DNA of 63,478 nt, filler included, from Candidatus Omnitrophota bacterium (GTDB lineage Bacteria > Omnitrophota > Gorgyraeia > Zapsychrales > Zapsychraceae): assembly GCA_015233495.1 (NCBI GenBank). It is 6 parts of 6 records of this genome, joined end to end, with 100 filler letters (N's around TTAATTAATTAA, not from the genome) between each part and the next. Parts side by side here need not be neighbours in the genome. Positions count along the whole stretch, not along the records: positions 11,520 to 22,892 come from JADFXQ010000057.1; positions 22,993 to 34,045 come from JADFXQ010000058.1; 4 more parts are not named here. One strand, written 5' to 3'. Shown piece by piece: positions 19,429 to 28,600 of the stretch (within the stretch, counting starts at the first letter, position 1; each line of letters starts with the position of its first letter). The notes below the pieces were generated by a model. It worked only from the letters and a program-made list of their open reading frames with translations, did not search any database and had not been told where the DNA came from. The translations under genes were made by a program, and so were the position numbers.

Positions 19429-19761
19429 TTAATGTCCCCAATACTCCTGACCTTGATTGATAATGTGCGAATTGGTGCTGGTAGTCGTGGTTTCATCTTG
19501 CAATAATTGTTTCCGGGTGCCGGTGCCTTGACTCTGGGTTTCCTTTGTATTGCTGGTTACGGAAACTCTTTTCGCGTAATTCGTATTCCCAGGCGAATAT
19601 TGATCGCCGATATCATCCGAGGCTTGTTTCAACCGGCCTTGAATCGCGCGTTTGATATAGGTCTGAATCGACAACAAAGCGCCAATGATAATAATAATCA
19701 ACACCACATATTCCAAGGTGCTCTGCCCTTTTTTCCGCTTGCGGTTCAAATAAGAAAACAT
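19429..19761 (-). CDS. Flp/Tad-type pilin-like protein
   Basis: RKRKKG/QSTLEYVVLIIIII; IQTYIKRAIQGRLK..SDDIGDQYSP; AAGGAG RBS. Confidence 0.88.
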   Translation of the reverse strand: MFSYLNRKRKKGQSTLEYVVLIIIIIGALLSIQTYIKRAIQGRLKQASDDIGDQYSPGNTNYAKRVSVTSNTKETQSQGTGTRKQLLQDETTTTSTNSHIINQGQEYWGH

Positions 19762-19793
19762 CGCTTTCCCTCCTTAATAATGTGCCCAAAAAT

Positions 19794-20165
19794 TTAGTAC
19801 TTCGTGCTCGAATTCGCTTCGTCAATATTAAACGTCGATTCATCCGAACCGCCGACTTTCCGGGTGCGGGTGTCGAGCGACTGCTTGCGGATGCCATTAT
19901 ATTGCGTCGGGTCTACTACATCTTCATCGGTTTTATCGCTCTCCACGTTATATGAAGAATTCAAATAATACGGTTCATATTGCATGGTATTGCCGATTTC
20001 CGGAGTTTGGTCTTTCAAATATTTTCCCGCGTCGCGCACCCGGCCTTGCAAGGCGCGTTGCGCGTAGGTCTGCATCGCGATGATCCCGGCCACAACCAAG
20101 GAAATCAAAATCGCGTATTCCGCGGTATTCTGCGCTTTTTTATTTCTCAGCAATTTTTTCAACAT
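19794..20165 (-). CDS. Flp/Tad-type pilin-like protein
   Basis: RNKKA/QNTAEYAILI; MQTYAQRALQGRVRDA...QYEPYY; AAGGAGG RBS. Confidence 0.88.
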   Translation of the reverse strand: MLKKLLRNKKAQNTAEYAILISLVVAGIIAMQTYAQRALQGRVRDAGKYLKDQTPEIGNTMQYEPYYLNSSYNVESDKTDEDVVDPTQYNGIRKQSLDTRTRKVGGSDESTFNIDEANSSTKY

Positions 20166-20198
20166 ACCAATTCCTCCTTAAAAAATTTATGCCGCTTA

Positions 20199-20396
20199 TT
20201 AATGGGAATCGCGCAAACGGCCGGACATAACATTCATCTGATTCGTGCTATCGGCTAAAACCGAATTAAACGCTGTGCTAAAGGGCCCGCTTCCCGGCTT
20301 TAAAAAAAACAATAACGCCGCCAAAACCGCGGCCACCAAGATGATATATTCAACCGTGCTTTGCCCCTGTTCCATTTTCATAATCTTCATTATCAA
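20199..20396 (-). CDS. Flp-like pilin, candidate major subunit
   Basis: EQG/QSTVEYIILVAAV; about 65 aa; AAGGAGG RBS; first gene after the promoter; start 20396 or 20390. Confidence 0.8.
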   Translation of the reverse strand: MIMKIMKMEQGQSTVEYIILVAAVLAALLFFLKPGSGPFSTAFNSVLADSTNQMNVMSGRLRDSH

Positions 20397-20479
20397 ATCC
20401 TCCTTAATTCAGGCCGGCCGTCAAAAACCAATTTTAAGCAGCGCCCTTTGCCGGTAGGTAGATGCGCACCAGTACTAAA

Positions 20480-20509
20480 AGTATACCATGTATTTTTTAA
20501 GAATGTCAA
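20480..20509 (-). promoter_or_regulatory. sigma70-type promoter of the pilin array
   Basis: TTGACA-18 bp-TATACT with TG extended -10 on the minus strand. Confidence 0.7.
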
Positions 20510-20534
20510 CGGAAGTTGAAAAAAATATGGAAAA

Positions 20535-20580
20535 CCAAAAAGAATAATCCCGCCGATTCAAAGCTGAACCGGCAGGATTA
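20535..20580 (-). terminator. intrinsic terminator after rplT
   Basis: minus strand TAATCCTGCCGGTTCA-GCTT-TGAATCGGCGGGATTA, then a T-rich tail. Confidence 0.75.
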
Positions 20581-20595
20581 TGTTATACGAATGAT

Positions 20596-20955
20596 TTACG
20601 CGGCAAGTTTAGCTTTTGCCAATTCCACCAATTTACGAAACGCTTGCGGCTGGCTTACCGCCAGATCCGCTAAAACCTTGCGGTCCATTTCCACATTGGC
20701 TTTCTTCAAGCCATTGATAAACCGGTTATAGCCGATGCCTTCTTCCTTGCAGGCCGCATTGATCCGGATAATCCACAAACTGCGAAACTGGCGCTTGCGC
20801 ACTTTGCGGTCGCGGAACTGATAAACCAAGCCTTTATGCACGGATTTCACCGCTTGGCGGAACCGGGATTTACGGTGACCAAACTGGCCCTTGGCTAATT
20901 TTAAAACTTTCTTTTTGCGCTGTTTCGACGTAACAGCTGAGCTCACTCTAACCAT
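20596..20955 (-). CDS. rplT: 50S ribosomal protein L20
   Basis: [41 protein letters not shown]. Confidence 0.97.
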   Translation of the reverse strand: MVRVSSAVTSKQRKKKVLKLAKGQFGHRKSRFRQAVKSVHKGLVYQFRDRKVRKRQFRSLWIIRINAACKEEGIGYNRFINGLKKANVEMDRKVLADLAVSQPQAFRKLVELAKAKLAA

Positions 20956-21145
20956 CTGGCATAAGCCTCCTGATTTTCTTCTCTTCAGCCGGGGCCAAAT
21001 AAGAATTCTTTTTCAAATGCCGTTTGCGTTTACGGCTTTTCTTTCCCAGAATATGTCCACGCATGGCGCTGCGCTTTTTAATCTTACCGGATTTGGTAAT
21101 CTTAAAGCGCTTTGCCGCGGAACGGTTCGTCTTGATCTTCGGCAT
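20948..21145 (-). CDS. rpmI: 50S ribosomal protein L35
   Basis: [21 protein letters not shown]...HIL.KKS.KRKRHL. Confidence 0.97.
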   Translation of the reverse strand: MPKIKTNRSAAKRFKITKSGKIKKRSAMRGHILGKKSRKRKRHLKKNSYLAPAEEKKIRRLMPDG

Positions 21146-21160
21146 TATGCTTTTCCTTTT

Positions 21161-21721
21161 TTAATTGGGTTCATTTGCTTCGACCTTCTCTTTACCCTTT
21201 TCCACCACCACCGCAGTCACCGGATTGAAGACCACATACATGATCTTGCCTTCCATCATCACACCCTGCTCCGGCAACCCATATTCCTTCACGTCAACAA
21301 TCACCCGCTGTAAAATCTGCAAACCCAGCTCCTTATGAGCGATTTCCCGGCCGCGGAACATCATGTTGACTTTCACTTTATCTTTTGCCTCAAGAAAACC
21401 GATCGTCTGGCGCATTTTCACCTGATAATCGTGCACGCCGATATGCGGCTTTAACCGGATCTGCTTCAAATGACTAATATGCTGATGGCGCTTGATCCGC
21501 CGCTCTTTTTTCTCTTGGTCGTATTTGTATTTCGCGTAATCCATGATCCGGCACACCGGCGGTTTTGCCGTGGGCGCCACCTCGACGAGATCAAGGCCGC
21601 TTTCCATGGCCAAATCCAAGGCGCGGCGAATCATCAACACCCCTAATTGTTCTCCTTCCGCGCCAATGACGCGGACTTCCGGAACCCGTATCCGGTCGTT
21701 AATACGAATGAATTTTTGGAT
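21161..21721 (-). CDS. infC: translation initiation factor IF-3, probable ATC start
   Basis: RINDRIRVPEVRVIG upstream of the ORF-track start; DLVEVAP.AKPPVCRIMDY.KYKY; AGGAGG 7 nt before the ATC at 21721. Confidence 0.95.
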   Translation of the reverse strand: MQKFIRINDRIRVPEVRVIGAEGEQLGVLMIRRALDLAMESGLDLVEVAPTAKPPVCRIMDYAKYKYDQEKKERRIKRHQHISHLKQIRLKPHIGVHDYQVKMRQTIGFLEAKDKVKVNMMFRGREIAHKELGLQILQRVIVDVKEYGLPEQGVMMEGKIMYVVFNPVTAVVVEKGKEKVEANEPN

Positions 21722-21761
21722 AAGTAAACCTCCTGTAATAGTTTACGTCCGGCGCTTCACC

Positions 21762-22892
21762 TTAAACCGCGCCAATCTTCTTGCTTTTCACTTCCCCTAA
21801 TACTTTTTCCCTAAACACCTCAAAATCCATAGCTCCCTGATCGCCTGTGCCATACGCCCGCACTGCCACGGTTTTCGACTGCGCTTCCTTGTCGCCCAAA
21901 ACCAAAACGTAAGGAATCTTCTTCACTGTGTTTTCCCGCACGCGTTTATTCAAACTTTCATTGCGCCCATCAATTATAACCCGTAAACCCCAACCCGCCA
22001 ACTTTGTTTTCAATTCCTCGGCATAAGCCTGATGTTCCTCGCGGATCGGGATCAAAGCGATCTGGGTAGGAGCCAGCCATACCGGAAACGCGCCGCCGTA
22101 ATGCTCGATCAAAGTGCCTATAAACCGTTCCACACTCCCGAGGATGGCCCGGTGCAGCATAATCGGCCGCAGAGCTTGGCCATTCTCATCAATATACGCA
22201 ATATCAAACCTTTCCGTCAAATTCAAATCGCACTGGATCGTCGCGCATTGCCATTCCCTGCCGATCGCGTCGCGCAATTTGATGTCAATCTTCGGACCGT
22301 AAAACGCGCCGGCGCCTTCATTGATTTCATACGCGTTATTTTTCGCGGCGAGCGAATCTTTCAAAGCCTGGGTCGCGATGTCCCAGTCCTCACTCCGGCC
22401 GATAAATTTTTCCGGACGAGTGCTTAACTCAATCCGCCATTCTTTAAATCCAAAATCCGCCAAAAGATCGAACACAAAATCAATAACCTTGACCACTTCT
22501 TCCTTAACCTGTTCCCGGCGGCAAAAAATATGCGCGTCATCCTGGGTAAACCCGCGCACGCGCAACAGCCCGTGGAGAACGCCGGCCTTTTCATAGCGGT
22601 AAACCGTGCCGAGCTCAAAATATTTGATCGGGAATTCGCGATACGAATGGACCCGGTTGCCATAGATCAGCATGTGACCCGGACAATTCATGGGCTTGAC
22701 CGCGTATTCTTCCCCGTCGATCTTGAAATAATACATGTTCTCGCGGTAATGCTCGGCGTGCCCGGAAATCTCCCACAATTTCCCGCGAAGAAAATTCGGT
22801 GTCATGACCAAATCGTAACCGCGTTTTAAATGAAGCTCTTTGGTAAAATCCTCGAGAATCTTACGCATCAAGGCGCCTTTAGGATGGTAGAA
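21762..22892 (-). CDS. thrS: threonyl-tRNA synthetase, 5'-truncated by contig end
   Basis: KPMNCPGH, YRYEKAGVLHGLLRVRGFTQDDAHIFC, GAFYGPKID, HRAILGSVERF. Confidence 0.97.
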   Translation of the reverse strand, partial: FYHPKGALMRKILEDFTKELHLKRGYDLVMTPNFLRGKLWEISGHAEHYRENMYYFKIDGEEYAVKPMNCPGHMLIYGNRVHSYREFPIKYFELGTVYRYEKAGVLHGLLRVRGFTQDDAHIFCRREQVKEEVVKVIDFVFDLLADFGFKEWRIELSTRPEKFIGRSEDWDIATQALKDSLAAKNNAYEINEGAGAFYGPKIDIKLRDAIGREWQCATIQCDLNLTERFDIAYIDENGQALRPIMLHRAILGSVERFIGTLIEHYGGAFPVWLAPTQIALIPIREEHQAYAEELKTKLAGWGLRVIIDGRNESLNKRVRENTVKKIPYVLVLGDKEAQSKTVAVRAYGTGDQGAMDFEVFREKVLGEVKSKKIGAV

Positions 22893-22992
22893 NNNNNNNN
22901 NNNNNNNNNNNNNNNNNNNNNNNNNNNNNNNNNNNNTTAATTAATTAANNNNNNNNNNNNNNNNNNNNNNNNNNNNNNNNNNNNNNNNNNNN
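22893..22992. other. artificial contig linker
   Basis: N-run/TTAATTAATTAA/N-run. Confidence 0.98.
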
Positions 22993-23309
22993 AGATTGGG
23001 CAATCGCAGGAGTTGGTCGTTTAAGGAGGCGTTAATTTCTTTCAGTTTGGGTTCCAGCTCACTGATCCGGTTGGAAAGGGCTTTCATGGCAGTGATTTTG
23101 GCGCCCGGGTCTTCTTTGTTTTTCAGCGCGGCGCTGATCGCCTCATTCGCGGCATTTTGACTGGCGCGCAAATTTTCAATAGCGTTTAATAAATCCCGCC
23201 GTTCCTGATCGATTTTTTGCCAGGCTGCGCAATCTAAGGAAACATTTTTCGCGGCTAAGCCTTGGCGGACAAGCTCGGGATTTTCCCGGATTAAACGAAT
23301 ATCAAACAT
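22993..23309 (-). CDS. serS: seryl-tRNA synthetase, N-terminal fragment
   Basis: MFDIRLIRENPELVRQGL, coiled-coil arm, LLRLPN at the contig end. Confidence 0.9.
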
Positions 23310-23318
23310 AAATAATCC

Positions 23319-23759
23319 TCAAATGGCGCGGTTGTTTGGCGCGTGACCGGCCAAAGTTTGGGCGATTTTATCCCGCAGCAGGCGCGGGATAATTGGTTTG
23401 GTAAGATACAAACGCGCCGTGGTGTCAAAACAGCCAAAAACATTTTCCGCTACGTCATTTCCGGTTAAAAAAATAACGGGTATGTGTTTGGTCGCTTCAT
23501 GCCGGCTCAATTCCTGGCAGGCTTCCATCCCATTCATTTTGGGCATATGGCAATCCATAAGGATCAGATTGGGTTTGAGCGCCAAAGCCTTAGCCACGCT
23601 GTCTTGCCCGTTTTCCGAAGTAACGCAACGATATTCTTTTTTGAGAATTTGACCGATAAGCTCCCGGTCAACCGGGTTATCATCGACAATGAGAATCAAA
23701 GGCGATTTAAAGGCTTGATGATGGAAAAAGTTAAAAAATTTTAAAACGTTGTGGCGCAT
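23319..23759 (-). CDS. single-domain response regulator
   Basis: ILIVDDN, LILMDCHMPKMNG, IPVIFLTG, YLTKP. Confidence 0.88.
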   Translation of the reverse strand: MRHNVLKFFNFFHHQAFKSPLILIVDDNPVDRELIGQILKKEYRCVTSENGQDSVAKALALKPNLILMDCHMPKMNGMEACQELSRHEATKHIPVIFLTGNDVAENVFGCFDTTARLYLTKPIIPRLLRDKIAQTLAGHAPNNRAI

Positions 23760-23871
23760 CTCTTGCTTCCGAAGGTTGGTTAAAAAAACAGATAATTTAT
23801 AACATATTCCGCAAAAAACACAAAATGGAATTATCGCTTAAAAAATCGCCGGATTTTAAATAATGTCCGGC

Positions 23872-25092
23872 TCATAAGTTCTCCTGTTTAAATACCGCGT
23901 GAAAAGATTCGACAACCAAGGGATGAAACTGCGTGCCGGAATTTTTTTGCAGTTCTTGCAAGGCCGTGACTTTATCAAAACCCTTGCGGTAAGGCCGGTC
24001 AGTGGTCATGGCGTCAAAAGCGTCAGCCACCGCGATAATGGCCGCGGCAATCGGGATGTTGGGTCCGGCTAATTTAAAAGGATAGCCGCTGCCGTCATAT
24101 CGCTCATGGTGGTATTTGATGCAGTTGACGCAATCTTCGGGAACCGTCAAAGAATTGATAATCTCGGCGCCTTTGAGGGGATGCTTTTGGACTAAACAAT
24201 ATTCTTCTTCGGTTAAAGGGCCTTTTTTAAGAAGGATCGATTCGGGGATCGCGATTTTTCCTATATCATGCAAAAGTCCGCCGATATAAAGATTTTCAAA
24301 AAATCCTTCCGGGAACAAAACCACGCCGTCTTCCGCCATTTTTTTGGCTATCGAGACCGCGTAGCGGGTCACCCGTTCCGTGTGGCCGTGAGTGTAAGCG
24401 TCTTTAGCTTCAATGGTCGAGCTTAAGACCACAATAGTTTGGATAAAAAGTTTGCGGTTGCGTTCCGCTTCTTCTTTCAGGCTTTCAAAGAGCTGGGCAT
24501 TGCGTATCGCCATGGCGCCATCCGACGCCAAGGCGGCGAAAAAATCCAGTTCTTCTTGGTTGAACCGCTTTTCATCGTATTTCTCTCCGAGCAGCAAAAC
24601 CGCCATCAGTTTATCGCGGTAAAATGACGGCACGCAGGCCACAGTGTTGAGCCGGGTCATTTCTTCTTCGACCCGGTGCAGCAGGTTGGGGGCGTTTTTA
24701 AGCGACCCTTTGCTTAAAACGGTTTCCTGCCAGACCATGCGGTTGATGTCGTCGAGTAAAATAGCGTTGCGGTTGGCCCGTAACGGCCGAAAATGCGGAT
24801 CCTGGAATAATTTGATAATCGGACTGCTGTGGGAAAAACGCGTAAACCCCGGCGGAATGCGCATGCCGCGTTCGCCGCGGGATATGCTCAGAACATAAGT
24901 GTCGCGCTCCGGCTCGTATAGAACCATCGCCGCGTGTTTGACTCCGAGCTTGCGCACAATCATGCGGATCATCAGCTTGATCAAAAGCCGCGGATCATGA
25001 ATCATGATCATGCCGCGGCTCGCAGTTTCGAGTTCTTTTTTATAATCGATTTTAGAAAGGCCGCGTTGAAGGGAAAGGGTTTGTGGGCTCAT
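23872..25092 (-). CDS. GAF + HD-GYP cyclic-dinucleotide phosphodiesterase
   Basis: GAF-like N-terminus (LLLGEK....F..EELDF); EAKDAYTHGHTERV, LLHDIGK, HHERYDGSGYP, VADAFDAMTTDRPYR. Confidence 0.92.
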   Translation of the reverse strand: MSPQTLSLQRGLSKIDYKKELETASRGMIMIHDPRLLIKLMIRMIVRKLGVKHAAMVLYEPERDTYVLSISRGERGMRIPPGFTRFSHSSPIIKLFQDPHFRPLRANRNAILLDDINRMVWQETVLSKGSLKNAPNLLHRVEEEMTRLNTVACVPSFYRDKLMAVLLLGEKYDEKRFNQEELDFFAALASDGAMAIRNAQLFESLKEEAERNRKLFIQTIVVLSSTIEAKDAYTHGHTERVTRYAVSIAKKMAEDGVVLFPEGFFENLYIGGLLHDIGKIAIPESILLKKGPLTEEEYCLVQKHPLKGAEIINSLTVPEDCVNCIKYHHERYDGSGYPFKLAGPNIPIAAAIIAVADAFDAMTTDRPYRKGFDKVTALQELQKNSGTQFHPLVVESFHAVFKQENL

Positions 25093-25105
25093 GAGACAAG
25101 GGAAA

Positions 25106-25468
25106 TCAAGCTTGGTTGATTTCCGCGAGTACGATTTTTTCCAATTCTTCCAAGATCAGCGGTTTATGGATATAACTCCGCACGCCGAAACTGTGCGCTT
25201 GCTGAACGACGTCTTCATCTTCTACGCCGGTGACCATAATTACTTTTACGTTATTGTTGTTTTTGCGCAAACGACGCAAGACATCCAATCCCGACAGCTC
25301 ATCCATGGTTACGTCGAGCAAAACCAAATCAGGTTTTTCATTCTGGATGATCTGCAAGGCCTCAACCCCGCCGCCGGCCGTCAGCACGGGAATGCCGCGT
25401 TTCGCGAAAAAATTTTTCGCGAATTCGCGGATGTCAATTTCATCGTCAACCACCAGCAATTTAGGCAT
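25106..25468 (-). CDS. single-domain response regulator
   Basis: MPKLLVVDDE, PDLVLLDVTM..SG, VIMVTG, YIHKP. Confidence 0.9.
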   Translation of the reverse strand: MPKLLVVDDEIDIREFAKNFFAKRGIPVLTAGGGVEALQIIQNEKPDLVLLDVTMDELSGLDVLRRLRKNNNNVKVIMVTGVEDEDVVQQAHSFGVRSYIHKPLILEELEKIVLAEINQA

Positions 25469-25654
25469 AATAACTCCATTATTTTTTAAAGATAAGATAT
25501 TATAGTTGAATAAGCAGGTATCGACAAGGAGAATCGGAAGAAAATACAAACCGACGACCTCCGACCGACCTGCGCGCTTCCGGAAAGTACAAAGGCCGCT
25601 GGAGGCAGTTATCGCGCTTTTTGTGGTTTGCGAAACATTATTGAATTACAGTAA

Positions 25655-28600
25655 TTAGAAATTCACTCCGTGCCACAGGGCGTTGCCGAGGTCGAAGATC
25701 CAGTGCGGAGCGGGTTTTTTGTTGTCGTTGTTGCCAAGGTTTTTGGATTTTTTGGCTCGGATGCTGTTAGTGGCGGCGTCAGCGTCGCTGACTTTGACAT
25801 AGGTGATGGTTGACGCCGGCGCGGCTATATACCAAGTGCTGCCGCCCGCGGTGGAGGCGAGAATAATCGGCTTGAGTTGGGTGCCGGCGATGGCGAGCGC
25901 GGCGCTCACCGTGTGCGTCGCGCCGTTTTTAAATTGCAGAGTCGGCCCGGCGGACAGGGTCGAAGAATTGACGAGCAATATGCCGGTTTTAAACGCGTCG
26001 GCAAAGGTGATCGTGGTCGGATTCGCGATAGCCAAGGTGTTGAAGGTTCCGGCGCCGCCAGTGGTAATGCTCTGGGACGCGGCTCCGATCAAGATTACCG
26101 ATCCGGTCCCGGCGTTGAATGTCGCGGAATTCGCCCAGTCTCCGGATAGATAGATATCGGACGCGCCGTTGATCACTTGGCCGCCGGTTTGATTGTAGTT
26201 GCCGCCGATCACGATAGTCTTGCCGTTTAAGTCCACGCCTTTGCCGGCGCTTAGGACGGAATTGCCTACAAAGAACGTCCCCGCGGCTTGCACAGTGTCT
26301 TGGATGATCCATCCGCCAGTGCCGCTGTTAAAGGTTAAATTGTTAAATGTTTGAGACGCCATACGTATGGTCTGGCCAGTCGTCGAAGCGGTCATAGTGA
26401 TCGAAGATGTCCCTTGTACAATATTAAACCCTGTAAAATCAATCGTTCCTGTCACTGCGGTAGTCGACGATCCCAGATCAAGCAGATGCTTAGTATTCGT
26501 ATTGTTGGCATAACGATAAATATTATAAAAAGAATTTATCCCGCTGCCTAATTTAACATAACCGCAGGTTGCCGCACTGTTGCGTCCCAACCACAAACTG
26601 CCGGCTGTGAAATTGAATTGATCCATATTCAAATAGTGCGCCGGAGTTGATGTTTCGGTCGTAAAATAAATAGAAGCATTTCCAAAAGTAAAATTCCCGG
26701 TAGCCGTCATATTTGCGCCCAAATAAAAACCAACGCTCGGCGAGAAATTGTTCGGCAATGTAATCGCTTTTTGTGTGATGTCCGAAGTCACTTGCATTTC
26801 AAATCCGCTTAAAAGCGAACTCATTGTTAAATTGTTAACGGTCAGCCCATCCGTTGTCGGATAGAATGTAACATATCGATTTGCTCCATTGAGTGTCCCA
26901 GAGCCCAGTGTCAAATATCCCGGAGTTGGGAACCCGACAAATAAAGAACCCGCTAAGGTTGTCGTTAAATTGCTTCCTGCGATCCTTAAATCATGAAAAG
27001 AATTCCATTTGCTGGAATTGCGAATACTGCCGCTCGCGGCTTGAGTCCATGTCCCGGTAGAAGTTAGAGTCGTTCCTGTCATGGAAATGGTTCCATAAAC
27101 AGTCAAATATTTAGCATTATCGACAAAAGTCCCGGCATTTAACAAGAAATTTTTAGCGACAAGATCATCTTGAATCGTCCACTGCCCTCCGGTGCTGTTA
27201 AACCAAAGAGTGCCGAAAGCGATTGTCCCGGAAGTGATGGTATGGCCCGTGTTGGTCGCGGTAAAAGCTTGTGTGGACGTTCCCGCCGCGAAAGAGCCGG
27301 TGCTCGATAACCAATTTCCGCCGATTTGCATGGTGGCTGATCCGGCCGTTACTTTCCCTCCTGTGGCTATGAAGTCGTTGGTGATATTGACTGCTTTGTT
27401 GTTAAGGTCTACTCCATTGCCGCTGATGTCGGAATTGAGCACGGTCAGCGTGTTGCTTGCGGCCAGGGTGTCTTGCAAAGTCCAGCCGCCGCCGGCGCTG
27501 TTAAAGACTATGTCGTAGAACGTGCCGGTGCCGGAGCTGATGTTGTTGCCGGTGTTGGTGGCATTCAAAGTGATTGAGGTGGCGCCGGGCGTAAACGTGC
27601 CGGAATTGGTCCAAGTCCCTCCCACTAACAAATTGCTGCCCGGTGTATAGGAATATCCCGGCGGGATGTAAAGCCCTCGGTTAAACGCGATAGTCGAGCC
27701 GTTGGTGGAGACCAGCAAGTCTGCCGAGCCGGTGTTAGCCGCAATAACCAAGTCGGTGTTGGCTAAAGAGTTGATCCCGGGCTCATTGCGCAAAGTAGTA
27801 AAATCTTTAAACAAATTAACTCCGGTCAAATTGACACCACTGGCAATCTTGGTGACTGTGCTGGCTTTGGTATTGGCATCGCCGACCACATATAAAGCGA
27901 TGGTGTCATTGCCCGCTAAGGTAACATCCGTGCCGATGGTAAAACTGCCGTCTGCGGCAGTAGTTTGAACGTCAGTGCCTAATGCTCCGGCAATTGAGTT
28001 GCGAATGGATTTTCCGGACATCCCAGTCCCGTTAATCGCGTCGTATAAAATCCCGGATAGGGTATTCGTGCCAAAAACCCAATTGATATTGTTACCCAAA
28101 CTGGTTCCGGACAAGACAATGATGTTGGCCGGCGACCCGCCGATGACAGTTTGGTCATGGACCGCGACATCGGTCATGGAGAATATCCCGGCGCCGGTGG
28201 ACTGCCAATTTCTCTGTGAGCCGGTGACATTGCTTTGAATAACAATCGAATCCGCGCCGCCGCCACCCAGACCGTTCGCATCGAATAAGATTGTCCCGGC
28301 ATTGGAGACGTTACCGCCCAAGGTCAACCCGCCGGTCGAGATATTGTTCCAAGACGCGGTCGCGCCCAGCGTTACCCCGCCCAAAGCAGTCACTGTCCCG
28401 GTGCCTTGCGTGAAAGTCCCGCCAGCCAAAGTTATAGCGCCGTCAACTGCCAATTTCTGATCATTCAAATTTATCCCGCCCGCGGAGGCGTCATTCGTGA
28501 AATTATTTGCCACATACAAAGAATTCGTCGAGAGCGACAACACTCCCGCGCCCGTATGCACAAAATTATTAAATGTCTGTGTCCCGGGATTAAGCGTCTG

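Noticed and set aside
19143..19496. 168-aa version of the minimal pilin
   Set aside because: The extension runs through a terminator, a promoter and the upstream gene; the pilin leader starts at 19142.
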